Shown here: piece after piece, positions 54,339-62,513 of the stretch
How positions within the stretch are numbered: the stretch's first letter is position 1
How the letters are laid out: each line of letters begins with the position of its first letter
Source: a virus
Taxonomy: Duplodnaviria > Caudoviricetes
Length of the DNA: 64,000 nucleotides
Virus record (IMG/VR): IMGVR_UViG_3300003375_000001
Span: 160,001 to 224,000 of that record
Strand: one strand, 5' to 3'
Notes under the pieces: generated by a model
Seen by the model: only the letters and a program-made list of their open reading frames with translations
Database searches by the model: none
Told to the model about the DNA's origin: nothing
Made by a program: the position numbers and the translations under genes

Positions 54339-54929
54339 TTACTTACCTTTTCTTGTATTCTTCCTATCCAAAATCTCTGTGCAAGCTTTTTCGTACCCAG
54401 TTACTACGTGTTTGTACGTTCGACCTCTTAACATAAAAGAAATTATGATAGGTGAGACCTTTAGCTTTCTAGCTCCGTCAATTGGTCGCATACGTCCGTT
54501 TGCTTTTGCAAACCTCTGTCTCAACCTTGCGACCTGCGCATCCGAAAACTTAGACATCTTGTTAGCCTCACCTTTTAACGCTCGGTGTAGGCCATGTTTG
54601 ATGGCGTGTTGAACGTTACCTGAGTCAGTAACCAACTCTAAGTTGGACAAACGTCTGTTTTCTTTATTACCGTCTTTATGATTGAGTATACGGTCTTCTG
54701 GTACGTGGCCTCTATAAACAATCCAGACAAGTCTATGAATCTGCATGTGCCGTATTTTGTCCGCAGCACAGTCCTTCATAGAAATTTTCGGATAGCCTCC
54801 GCTACCAGTTGCGCCAATAACCCGACCAGTTACGTTGTTAACAACAAGCCCCAACTTAGTCACTGAAAGGACTCCGCGCTTAACCCGAGTCAAAAACCAT
54901 TTGTCATTTTCTGGGTTATGTCTTTTCAT
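54339..54929 (-). CDS. free-standing HNH homing endonuclease (HNH_3 type)
   Basis: GYPKI..., IHRLVW, LNHKDGNKENRRLSNLELVTDSGNVQHA; C-terminal helical DNA-binding segment; directly upstream of a tRNA. Confidence 0.88.
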   Translation of the reverse strand: MKRHNPENDKWFLTRVKRGVLSVTKLGLVVNNVTGRVIGATGSGGYPKISMKDCAADKIRHMQIHRLVWIVYRGHVPEDRILNHKDGNKENRRLSNLELVTDSGNVQHAIKHGLHRALKGEANKMSKFSDAQVARLRQRFAKANGRMRPIDGARKLKVSPIIISFMLRGRTYKHVVTGYEKACTEILDRKNTRKGK

Positions 54930-54958
54930 ACGGCGTCCGGCCCATCAAACTTCACAAC

Positions 54959-55165
54959 TTACTTAACTCGATCCAACGCCCGCTTGGCGCGTTGTGGAAC
55001 ACAAACGTCGTCGGCAGAAAATACTACGCCGTTCTTAACTACCACGTCGGTGTTCAAAAGAATCTCGACCATCTTCCAGAGACACACGACAACCGCCACC
55101 AGAAGAAAGAAGGTGATGATAGCCTCTTCGGGGTACTGCTGAATGAAACTTGAAACTGATTGCAT
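54959..55165 (-). CDS. small membrane protein
   Basis: SD AGGAG; TM segment AIITFFLLVAVVVCLW. Confidence 0.65.
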   Translation of the reverse strand: MQSVSSFIQQYPEEAIITFFLLVAVVVCLWKMVEILLNTDVVVKNGVVFSADDVCVPQRAKRALDRVK

Positions 55166-55189
55166 GACACTAGCTCCTATCAGATGTCG

Positions 55190-55196
55190 TTAACAG
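55190..55196 (-). promoter_or_regulatory. ACTGTTAA upstream motif
   Basis: AT-rich intergenic region, 25 nt upstream of ATG 55165. Confidence 0.5.
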
Positions 55197-55293
55197 TTTA
55201 TGTACGCATCTTGATTTTATCAGAAAAACCATCTAAATCGTTGATTTTCAACAGGTTTTTGTCAAAAAACGACAAATTTAGCCGGTTTTTGCA

Positions 55294-55656
55294 TCATTTT
55301 TGAGCATTTTGCAGTGTTTTCAGAGCGAGGTTAGCTCTGTCTATGTCTGCCTGAATTGCTAGAGTGCAGTGATTGGTGTCTAGGCGGTCTAGCAGCTTGC
55401 AAAGCAAGCACCCCCACCTCTTACCTGCGTTACGCGCCATGGCCGATTCTGAGCTTACGGTTATGCCACTGCGTCGAAACAACAGGACAGAGAAAAGGTA
55501 GTCAAAGGTTATGATGAACAAGTGACCAGCTGAGTTGTTGCTGGCACGAAGACATAGCCATGCGAACAACAGAATGGCTAAGGCTGATATAAGGGTTGAG
55601 TAGTGATGCCAAAATTGAACAAGGTCCAGAGACAGGAAGTCGGAAGGCTGAAACAT
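55294..55656 (-). CDS. membrane protein with a WGCxLCxxLD..D..HC motif
   Basis: N-terminal TM segment; Cys/His motif seen in a conserved phage/bacterial hypothetical family. Confidence 0.7.
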   Translation of the reverse strand: MFQPSDFLSLDLVQFWHHYSTLISALAILLFAWLCLRASNNSAGHLFIITFDYLFSVLLFRRSGITVSSESAMARNAGKRWGCLLCKLLDRLDTNHCTLAIQADIDRANLALKTLQNAQK

Positions 55657-55698
55657 GTTTAAGCTAGAGGCGACTTATTAGGCCGCCGTCTTAGGTTA

Positions 55699-56028
55699 TC
55701 AGAGATAGAGGGCTTTCATCTTTTCGTAAACAGAAACATGACAATAGTATTGTCGGCCGCAGCTGGATCCGGAACCAGGCCGGTGAGCACGTTCGACTAT
55801 GTTTCTTGCCAAGTCTTCAGTTGCGTAGTAGTCCCAAACTTTGAATTTGGAAATACCACCAGGTCTAAACCAACAGAAATAAACTACAACCCAGTCCTTA
55901 CGTCTTTCAGTTGAGGAATGGCTTACGGCTTTTACGTCCACTACGCCTCGGCGTACGTTCTTGCAGCGGAGGCTTTCTTCACGGTATGAACTTGACATGA
56001 TGCTTAGGTAGAAGTTGTTACTATGCAA
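55699..56028 (-). CDS. hypothetical protein
   Basis: 109-aa ORF; exact start uncertain. Confidence 0.55.
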   Translation of the reverse strand: MHSNNFYLSIMSSSYREESLRCKNVRRGVVDVKAVSHSSTERRKDWVVVYFCWFRPGGISKFKVWDYYATEDLARNIVERAHRPGSGSSCGRQYYCHVSVYEKMKALYL

Positions 56029-56129
56029 GCATGTTATTCTCCTTCAGTTGAGAGGCCAATAAAAATGTTAGGCCAAGTTGTACCAGTTTATGCGACTAGG
56101 TCTCTTCCAACGCTGGACGCTATGCTAGC

Positions 56130-56414
56130 TCAGCCTGAGTGCACAGGTACGTGAATTAAGTATGTCCCCGGAAAGTATAGGCTTTCTACGGGGCTGGACG
56201 ATGATACCTGAAAGCCTATCTCGGCTAGTTCGCCCTTGATGACCATGTTGTCAAGAAACTTACCTATCATGGTTACGTCGTCCCAGATAGGTGGTATAAC
56301 AGGTATCTTCGCTATCAGGTCAACACGAGTTATACCGGGTTGATATTTTACAAGTGTTTTTACCGATCTAACGAATGCTCTGTACCCGGTGTCTAACTCT
56401 GTGCCTGTTGTCAT
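56130..56414 (-). CDS. hypothetical protein
   Basis: Start moved to ATG 56414 to avoid overlap. Confidence 0.55.
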   Translation of the reverse strand: MTTGTELDTGYRAFVRSVKTLVKYQPGITRVDLIAKIPVIPPIWDDVTMIGKFLDNMVIKGELAEIGFQVSSSSPVESLYFPGTYLIHVPVHSG

Positions 56415-56418
56415 GATA

Positions 56419-56616
56419 CTAGTCCTGTTTGATAGTGGCTGTGTCGCCAGGCAAACTACTTTGGAAAAGCTTCTCACGTAGTTCTCTACCACGACGAACA
56501 TGGTTTTCGGCGTCTATGTACTTTTGCCTGCTAGCGGAGTCTATCTCCTTATCAAGATGATATTGGATCAAGGCCTCTAGCTCATACTTCTCAAGGTCTA
56601 ACGTGACTTTAGCCAT
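56419..56616 (-). CDS. small hypothetical protein
   Basis: 65 aa; SD AGGAG. Confidence 0.6.
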   Translation of the reverse strand: MAKVTLDLEKYELEALIQYHLDKEIDSASRQKYIDAENHVRRGRELREKLFQSSLPGDTATIKQD

Positions 56617-56846
56617 TTGCTATACTCCTGAGCGCAATAAACGATAGCGATGTTTAGCTGGTCGTGTTTTAGTTTTTCTCCGTAAGTGCGTACTGCAAAA
56701 TACACACCTGAATTATGCTCATACACACGAGTTTGCGAAATGGACTGTATGATGCCAAACTTTAGGGTCTTCAAAACTTCAAAGGCTTGTTCGCTGGACT
56801 CCAACGGATTGTAGAATCCAAGTTTGTTCTTGAACGCAAACATCAT
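56598..56846 (-). CDS. small hypothetical protein
   Basis: 82 aa; YNPL....QAF..L..L pattern. Confidence 0.55.
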   Translation of the reverse strand: MMFAFKNKLGFYNPLESSEQAFEVLKTLKFGIIQSISQTRVYEHNSGVYFAVRTYGEKLKHDQLNIAIVYCAQEYSKWLKSR

Positions 56847-56971
56847 GAGGTCGCCAACATCGGTAAGCTACAAGCTTACCTTGTTGACTTCCACTTGCAT
56901 AACATCCGCACACGCCTCAATAGCAGAGGCGTCGCTTTCCAAACTGAATTGAGGCGTGGTCATATGCTAAA

Positions 56972-57280
56972 TCAGATGTGTGAACTATGGAGAGACTGAT
57001 AACCGTTGCCACGGTTATAGACGATCTGGGCCAGACGTTGCGCGTGCCCATTTTGGGCGGCGATCAAGATGTCTTTTCGAGAAACGAAGTGCTGCACTGG
57101 CGCGTTGTTGATGAAGTGAACTGGTGACAAGAAATAAAGAGGATTCTTGTGCGAGTTCTTTACCTGACGTGCTGCATTAGTGAGGTAAGGTTCATTGCCG
57201 GCAAGATCGATCTTGTCTGCCTTGAGACGTTTCTTTTGTTCACGGCGGGCCTTGGCGAGTTTGTTGCGAGCGATACTCAT
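56972..57280 (-). CDS. basic hypothetical protein
   Basis: 102 aa; SD GGAG; 4-nt overlap. Confidence 0.65.
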   Translation of the reverse strand: MSIARNKLAKARREQKKRLKADKIDLAGNEPYLTNAARQVKNSHKNPLYFLSPVHFINNAPVQHFVSRKDILIAAQNGHAQRLAQIVYNRGNGYQSLHSSHI

Positions 57281-57720
57281 TTGGATTCTCCAGTAGTAGA
57301 GGTTGGTTGAAAGTGAACGAAGGGTGGAAATACGCGAATGCGAGGAACGGAAGGCAGCGTTATGTCTACCGTAAGGGAATTGACTACCTTAGCCTTCTGG
57401 ACCTTAGTTGTCTTGGTGAAAGACCAAGACAGTTGTCCAAGATGCTTTAGAGCCTTCATATCAAGATAGTGGCCTTTCAACCTCTGATCGAATAGCTTGT
57501 ATATGACCAAGGCGTCTATGGTGTTAAGGATACCGCAGGTCTCAGTGTCTGTAGGAGACCTAGCTTTCGACAGTATGTCTTTTAAGGACAGAGGGTCTGC
57601 TATGTCAGCACTCGTTGTACTGATGGGAGTGAACCTCGTTTTACGAACGTCTAAGAGGCCTACTTCAGACTTCCTGATAAAGGCCCCGTTGTTTAGAACG
57701 ACTTTAACAGCTATGAGCAT
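57277..57720 (-). CDS. hypothetical protein
   Basis: 147 aa; 1-nt overlap with the upstream stop. Confidence 0.6.
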   Translation of the reverse strand: MLIAVKVVLNNGAFIRKSEVGLLDVRKTRFTPISTTSADIADPLSLKDILSKARSPTDTETCGILNTIDALVIYKLFDQRLKGHYLDMKALKHLGQLSWSFTKTTKVQKAKVVNSLTVDITLPSVPRIRVFPPFVHFQPTSTTGESK

Positions 57721-59312
57721 TATAGGGACTCCATCACAGAAGGTGGCACCTTAGCGTAGACATGCTGTGGATTGTCCATGTCGAGACCTAGGCCTGACAT
57801 ATGAGGAAAGGCCTTCTTAACAGGCGTAGCAGGCGTAGCAGGTTTAGAAACTACGGAGTGGCGAATGATCTGCTTTCCATCCCATTTAGACCTACGCTTG
57901 AAAACCACTGTGGTGCTTTCAAGGTCTTCCAGAGCGTCAAGACCTTGCTGGTCAGTTTCGCCTTTATAGTGATCATGTTCATAGTTGGTTTCGTAGACTA
58001 CGGTTATGGGCTTAACTTCCCGCTTGGACCTGCTCTTACCCTGCTCATATGCTGCAGGATACCAGGTGCTAGGCTCTGGTCGAGCGTACAAGTGCTTAGG
58101 CTCGTCAGTGTTCAGGCCTAGCTGTTCTGAATTAGGATCGTACTCAGGAGTAAAGCCCGCATACGAGTCAAAGTACATGAGGATAGGGCCAGTACGAGAC
58201 TTAAGAGGCTTAAGGCTAGTAAGTTGATCTCGAAATTTTTCCATCCAAAACCCATAGAATGAATTTTTACCTACTACCGACAGAGTATCTGCGTCCTCTA
58301 GCGTTACAGCGGCTTCGATGTTAGGCAACGAGTACTGTTTTCCTATAAAGTCCCCTGCTATGCTATGGATATACACGTCGCTGAAACCAGCAGCCTCCAA
58401 TAGGGCTTTTTTGCTGATAAGGCCATTTACATGGTGCTCTGACATGGCCTTAACATCATGAATAGCAGACATACTACCAATCATGGATAGTTCGCCGCGT
58501 TTGAAACCTCCGTGTAGCCCCTTAGGAGTGATAACGCCAGACTCAGCCTGGTCTGTAGCAAAGGTTGAAGATTCAACCTTCAGGCAGTCTTGCGTAGTAC
58601 CTAGAGTATGAACCTGGTGGTCTTTAACCTGGCAGTCTTGCGTAGTACCTAGAGTATGAACAGAGTACTTTTCGATAAGAAGGTCTGCCATATACTCTCT
58701 CGCCTCGACACCCGGATGTACTTTATCGTTTGCGGAGGTGAGGGTCAAGGTCTCATAGCCAACGGGGTCAGGTTTCGGCGATAACAGAGTGATCATGTCA
58801 GAGGTAATATTCAGAGGTCTGTCCTCTGGAGCTTTCACCTGCTGGCCTGTAAACGACATAATAACCGACTTTGCCTGCAATACATTTTTGGCAGGGTCCT
58901 TGTTTAGAGAAAAATCTCTAAACAGATGAATTGTTGACATTATAGGAAGATCACTGAGGCACTCCACGACTTTACCTTCGGGTAGATAAAACCAGTCAGG
59001 AACGTAGGCAACGCCGGTGGGCAGAGCCTTACCGTCTGTATATATGCGCACGGCCTTAATACTTGGCTGAGGTTTGTACTGCATGGAGGCAGCCGAATTA
59101 CAGCCAGCTGTGATATCACCTGCGCACTCGTTTAGACTAAGAGGCAAGGCTCCTTGAGTAGTCATAGCGGCACTACTGACCGGAACGACGCGGGCTACAC
59201 TATTAGTCAACACACTTGCACTTGCATTGGTTGCCTTGGCGTCTACACGTACCGTTACGCTACTATAGGGCAAAGTTTTCTTCTGATAAGAGGTTAGCTC
59301 AAAGTCTTTCAT
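57720..59312 (-). CDS. 530-aa mosaic hypothetical protein
   Basis: SD GGAG; internal 16-aa duplication; short DnaB-like GGFKRGEL segment. Confidence 0.65.
   Translation of the reverse strand: MKDFELTSYQKKTLPYSSVTVRVDAKATNASASVLTNSVARVVPVSSAAMTTQGALPLSLNECAGDITAGCNSAASMQYKPQPSIKAVRIYTDGKALPTGVAYVPDWFYLPEGKVVECLSDLPIMSTIHLFRDFSLNKDPAKNVLQAKSVIMSFTGQQVKAPEDRPLNITSDMITLLSPKPDPVGYETLTLTSANDKVHPGVEAREYMADLLIEKYSVHTLGTTQDCQVKDHQVHTLGTTQDCLKVESSTFATDQAESGVITPKGLHGGFKRGELSMIGSMSAIHDVKAMSEHHVNGLISKKALLEAAGFSDVYIHSIAGDFIGKQYSLPNIEAAVTLEDADTLSVVGKNSFYGFWMEKFRDQLTSLKPLKSRTGPILMYFDSYAGFTPEYDPNSEQLGLNTDEPKHLYARPEPSTWYPAAYEQGKSRSKREVKPITVVYETNYEHDHYKGETDQQGLDALEDLESTTVVFKRRSKWDGKQIIRHSVVSKPATPATPVKKAFPHMSGLGLDMDNPQHVYAKVPPSVMESL
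58583..58661 (+). repeat. 31-bp direct repeat, 48-nt period (in-frame duplication)
   Basis: GGCAGTCTTGCGTAGTACCTAGAGTATGAAC at 58583 and 58631. Confidence 0.9.
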
Positions 59313-59347
59313 GATTTCTCCAAGAAGTTGAATTCATACAAACACGT

Positions 59348-59354
59348 TTAACAG
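59348..59354 (-). promoter_or_regulatory. ACTGTTAA upstream motif
   Basis: Just after a stop codon, 36 nt upstream of ATG 59312. Confidence 0.5.
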
Positions 59355-59357
59355 TAG

Positions 59358-60113
59358 CTAGTCGTTACCGTTTTCAGACTTGACGCATAGAGGTCCATTA
59401 TAAAGTTCTTGGGCATCGGGGTTGGCGCAGTTAAGCTGATACCCGCATTTGGCGCAGTAGTACCTTTGAGTGCTTCTATTAAACCAAGTGGCTCCAGGAC
59501 TCAAGCAAGCTTGCCTATTGCATAGGCCTCCGAAGGCCCCCTTTGTTTCAGAATTAACTTCGGACTCTTCCAGATCAAGAATATCCTTCAGTAGACTTTC
59601 CAGCTCCTTTGAGGTAGCCATAAGCCTTTTCTCCAGAGGAGTAAAACTAGTTGCGGTCTCAGCCTCTTCTGCCCAGGACATAACGTCAGCGCATAGTTTA
59701 TCTAGAAACTTGTGGGGCAGTCTAGCATGAGGAAGATCGAACCTAGTCCATTCTTTGATGACGGATGACGCAACGGGGTCGAATTCAAAGTAGGAATGAT
59801 TATGAAAGACAACGCGTTCCACGTCTCCTAGGCGACGACTGCGCGTGGCCCAGACTTCAGGAGTAGTAAATAAAACGCGAGAGTCCACGTAGTCGAAGTC
59901 CACGTTCCTAATAAATTTCGAATACGTTTCGACAACGAAACGCCGAAAGGCGTCAGTGTGCAAGCTTACGTGCTTAGAGTCGGAGCACAGAATAACAACG
60001 AAGCGGTTGGTTAAAGCTTCGTTAATGGCGCGTTCGTACATGCGAGACGTACGACCTGACTGACGACCTGCGTTGAGGGCTGTAAGAGAACGGGAGGGGT
60101 AGTCGTGTGACAT
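59358..60113 (-). CDS. hypothetical protein with a degenerate P-loop-like N-terminus and a C-terminal Cys domain
   Basis: AGRQSGRT; C-terminal CNRQAC...YYCAKC; start set at ATG 60113 (the track's GTG 60236 is possible). Confidence 0.6.
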   Translation of the reverse strand: MSHDYPSRSLTALNAGRQSGRTSRMYERAINEALTNRFVVILCSDSKHVSLHTDAFRRFVVETYSKFIRNVDFDYVDSRVLFTTPEVWATRSRRLGDVERVVFHNHSYFEFDPVASSVIKEWTRFDLPHARLPHKFLDKLCADVMSWAEEAETATSFTPLEKRLMATSKELESLLKDILDLEESEVNSETKGAFGGLCNRQACLSPGATWFNRSTQRYYCAKCGYQLNCANPDAQELYNGPLCVKSENGND

Positions 60114-60137
60114 AAATAAACGGGGCCGTAGCCCCGC
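60114..60137 (-). terminator. putative intrinsic terminator
   Basis: GCGGGGC-TACG-GCCCCGT followed by TTATTT, ending at ATG 60113. Confidence 0.55.
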
Positions 60138-60250
60138 CCTATTAGGCGTCTTGGTAGAACTTGTCCTGTTCAAGACGAAGTTGATTGAAAGGTTTGCCGT
60201 GTACTTTTCTGGGATTGTTACACATCCAACAGGCACTAGGCTTTGGGGTG

Positions 60251-60781
60251 TTAACCACTATGCCTAGCGTCGGGGTCTAAGGAGCAGCCGTTTATGTGAA
60301 AGAGTATTCCATGAGATTCTAACGCCCTAGTCATGGCCTCTAACGTAGCGGGTATAGGTTCGCGTGTTCCGCTTTCAAAGTCTGCTACTGTAGAAACAGC
60401 TACGCCAGCTTTAGCCGCGAGGTCCTTTTGAGTCCAGTCTATCAGCATGCGAGCAGCCTTTACCTTACGGTTTGGAGGAACGAAGGCTTGGCTAGAAACA
60501 GACACTGGGCGCACGTAGTTGGCAGGATTTATACCAGCCCACGCAGACAACATGGCTAAGCTGGCAGCGTCGGGCTTACGACCGAGTTTCATCCGGCTTA
60601 ACGTTGTCCTGCTAACACCTGTTTGTTCACTAACGGTCTTCCAGTCAATGTTTCTAAGGGCTACCATGTTAGACAAGGCACTATAGAAAGCAGAAGCGTC
60701 AAAGAAACTAGGCTGAACTGTTGGTACTAGCCTTTTATGTGAGGGTTCCATAGCTAAAGCCCTAACCAGTGTGTTATCCAA
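60251..60781 (-). CDS. tandem XRE/Cro-type HTH transcriptional regulator
   Basis: Two HTH_3 domains: VSEQTGVSRTTLSRM..G and ARMLIDWTQKDLAAKAGVAVSTVADFESG. Confidence 0.85.
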   Translation of the reverse strand: MDNTLVRALAMEPSHKRLVPTVQPSFFDASAFYSALSNMVALRNIDWKTVSEQTGVSRTTLSRMKLGRKPDAASLAMLSAWAGINPANYVRPVSVSSQAFVPPNRKVKAARMLIDWTQKDLAAKAGVAVSTVADFESGTREPIPATLEAMTRALESHGILFHINGCSLDPDARHSG

Positions 60782-61026
60782 GAGAAGCCAGGCACTTTCT
60801 CCCAGATAAAGTGCTCAAGAGGAAAGCTGATTGTCAGCATGATCCAGAATGAAAGTGACTTTAACTGCGACCTACATTCGTGATAACACTCAACTAGCTT
60901 CCCTTGTTTATCTATATGCTGGTGAGACACGGTCTTAAAACCCAAACACCTTGCGCATAGCTGGTGACATACCTTCAGCCATAGATGCTTTGTCTTCTTC
61001 GTCAGCAGGTTCGTCGTACTCGCCAT
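60754..61026 (-). CDS. small membrane protein (start uncertain)
   Basis: Hydrophobic C-terminus SFWIMLTISFPLEHFIW; 92-nt overlap with the upstream gene. Confidence 0.45.
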   Translation of the reverse strand: MASTTNLLTKKTKHLWLKVCHQLCARCLGFKTVSHQHIDKQGKLVECYHECRSQLKSLSFWIMLTISFPLEHFIWEKVPGFSWITHWLGL

Positions 61027-61231
61027 CGATAACTTTCTGCCTCAGTTCGTGAAGACCTGCCTCATGCAACAACCCAGCTAACGCCGTTTTGCCACATATG
61101 TACTTTTCATTCTTGAAGTCATGGTACTCACCGGCTTTAGCCTCTTCAATCATACGCGTGATGAGAGGCGTAACCGGCGTAACCTTTTCCAGCTCAACTA
61201 CGAGGTCTGTGCGTGTGTCTTTCTTAGTCAT
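60935..61231 (-). CDS. hypothetical protein
   Basis: 98 aa; SD AGGA; A.AGEYHDFK pattern. Confidence 0.7.
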   Translation of the reverse strand: MTKKDTRTDLVVELEKVTPVTPLITRMIEEAKAGEYHDFKNEKYICGKTALAGLLHEAGLHELRQKVIDGEYDEPADEEDKASMAEGMSPAMRKVFGF

Positions 61232-61239
61232 GATGTTTC

Positions 61240-61761
61240 CTAGTAAGGGTAAAGGAGGACGCCGGAAACGCCGACGGGTTCTTTCTTAGCTGTGTCAAAG
61301 GATATAAAACAGTGACCGTCGTCTACAGTACGAGGTTTTACTCTAACCACTCGGACTTCCTTAGGCGCGCTGCAAGTCAGGTCTTCGAAGCTACAAGCTA
61401 TTAAAGGATCACCTGACTTCAAGTCCTTGGCCATAACGCAGCCTTCTTGAACCCTGGTGTCTCCGTTTTTATAGCGAAGCAGGGGGAACACGGTGTGGGG
61501 TAAACAGGTCAACTTCTTACCTGTTGACAAATTGATTTGAACTACCGAAGTACCAGAGTCTTTTGACTGTGACACGCCAAACGCCTCGGTTAAGTGATAG
61601 CCTCTGTCCTTGTTCCAAGATACTACAGTAAACCTAGCGTTGGCAAAACTAGACTGACCTTCTATAACCCATGGATCGTCAATCCACTGACTGACTTCCG
61701 TTATGTCCTGTCTACCTGGCAGTCTTAACTGCAAAGTAGGATTGTATAGAACGTTAGACAC
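61240..61761 (-). CDS. stand-alone degenerate Hint (intein-like) domain protein
   Basis: VVQINLSTGKKLTCLPHTVF (block B-like), VMAKDLKSGD, VRVVRVKP and terminal GVLLYPY replacing GVLVHN; no N-terminal Cys; GTG start overlaps the gyrB-C stop by 8 nt. Confidence 0.65.
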   Translation of the reverse strand: MSNVLYNPTLQLRLPGRQDITEVSQWIDDPWVIEGQSSFANARFTVVSWNKDRGYHLTEAFGVSQSKDSGTSVVQINLSTGKKLTCLPHTVFPLLRYKNGDTRVQEGCVMAKDLKSGDPLIACSFEDLTCSAPKEVRVVRVKPRTVDDGHCFISFDTAKKEPVGVSGVLLYPY

Positions 61762-62476
61762 CTAGCAACTCCTTACGTGTAGACACGTCGTCCGACATGA
61801 GCAAGGTGAAGTACGTGTTCTTTTCAGCCATCTCCGTAGTCACTTGTTTAAGCCTACGTGTGGCAGGGTTAAAGACAGCGTACTCGATCAGCTCACTAGG
61901 AACTTCACCCCAGCCTTTGATATGCTGAATATGTAAGTTAGCGGGTGCACCCAATCCCTCTAACGTGGTTCGAAGATCGTTAGCTGATGGGCCGAACACG
62001 TATTCACCCTTGTAGATGGAATAGTACTCAGGAACGTCTACAAGGTGAATATAGCCGGCCTTGAACAAGCCGGGCATATACTTGTAGAACAAGGCCAACT
62101 CGAGGTTGTTGATGTGGCCACCGTCGGGATCGGGGTCACTCAACACACAGATAAAGTGTGTGCGCAAGTTCCCGATAGGGTTCTCAAGGTTCTTGGCGTC
62201 AAAGCCTATCATGGCCAAGATGTAGACGATCTCTGCGCTAAGAAGTACTTTCTCGGGAGACTCCCGAAACGCATTCATGATTTTTCCCTTGAGAGGAAGG
62301 ATCTCTTGATACCTGGAGTCACGAGCCTCGCGGCAGTTGTGAACTACTACGCCGTTGGCGATAAAGTTTTGGTTTTCATACCTATGTCCTCGGGTAGTTT
62401 GATTCGTCACGTCGTATACAGGTATAGGCTTGTCAAGCTTAATTCGCTTGACAGACGTGACTGTCCTCATTTTCAT
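61754..62476 (-). CDS. gyrB: split-intein C half (47 aa) fused to the C-terminal TOPRIM half of GyrB/ParE
   Basis: Start ATG 62476 (MKMRTVTSVK); Int-C blocks VYDVT...QNFIANGVVVHN|C; extein CREARD...QEILPLKGKIMN, SDPDPDGGHI, HIKGWGE, LLMSDDV..RK. Confidence 0.92.
   Translation of the reverse strand: MKMRTVTSVKRIKLDKPIPVYDVTNQTTRGHRYENQNFIANGVVVHNCREARDSRYQEILPLKGKIMNAFRESPEKVLLSAEIVYILAMIGFDAKNLENPIGNLRTHFICVLSDPDPDGGHINNLELALFYKYMPGLFKAGYIHLVDVPEYYSIYKGEYVFGPSANDLRTTLEGLGAPANLHIQHIKGWGEVPSELIEYAVFNPATRRLKQVTTEMAEKNTYFTLLMSDDVSTRKELLGV
62336..62476 (-). mobile_element. split intein, C-terminal fragment (Int-C)
   Basis: Blocks F and G only, ending HN with Cys+1 at 62335-62333. Confidence 0.9.
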
Positions 62477-62513
62477 AGAGGGTGATTCATCTGTCAATTG
62501 AAAGGAAGTTATC

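Noticed and set aside
53667-56080. 12-nt inverted match GTACAACTTGGC between the ncRNA and the 56069-56080 intergenic region
   Set aside because: Matches of this length are expected many times by chance in 64 kb, and no flanking similarity is seen.
58583-58661. 31-bp direct repeat as a mini CRISPR array
   Set aside because: Only two copies, a 17-nt spacer, an in-frame 48-nt period inside a CDS, and no cas genes.
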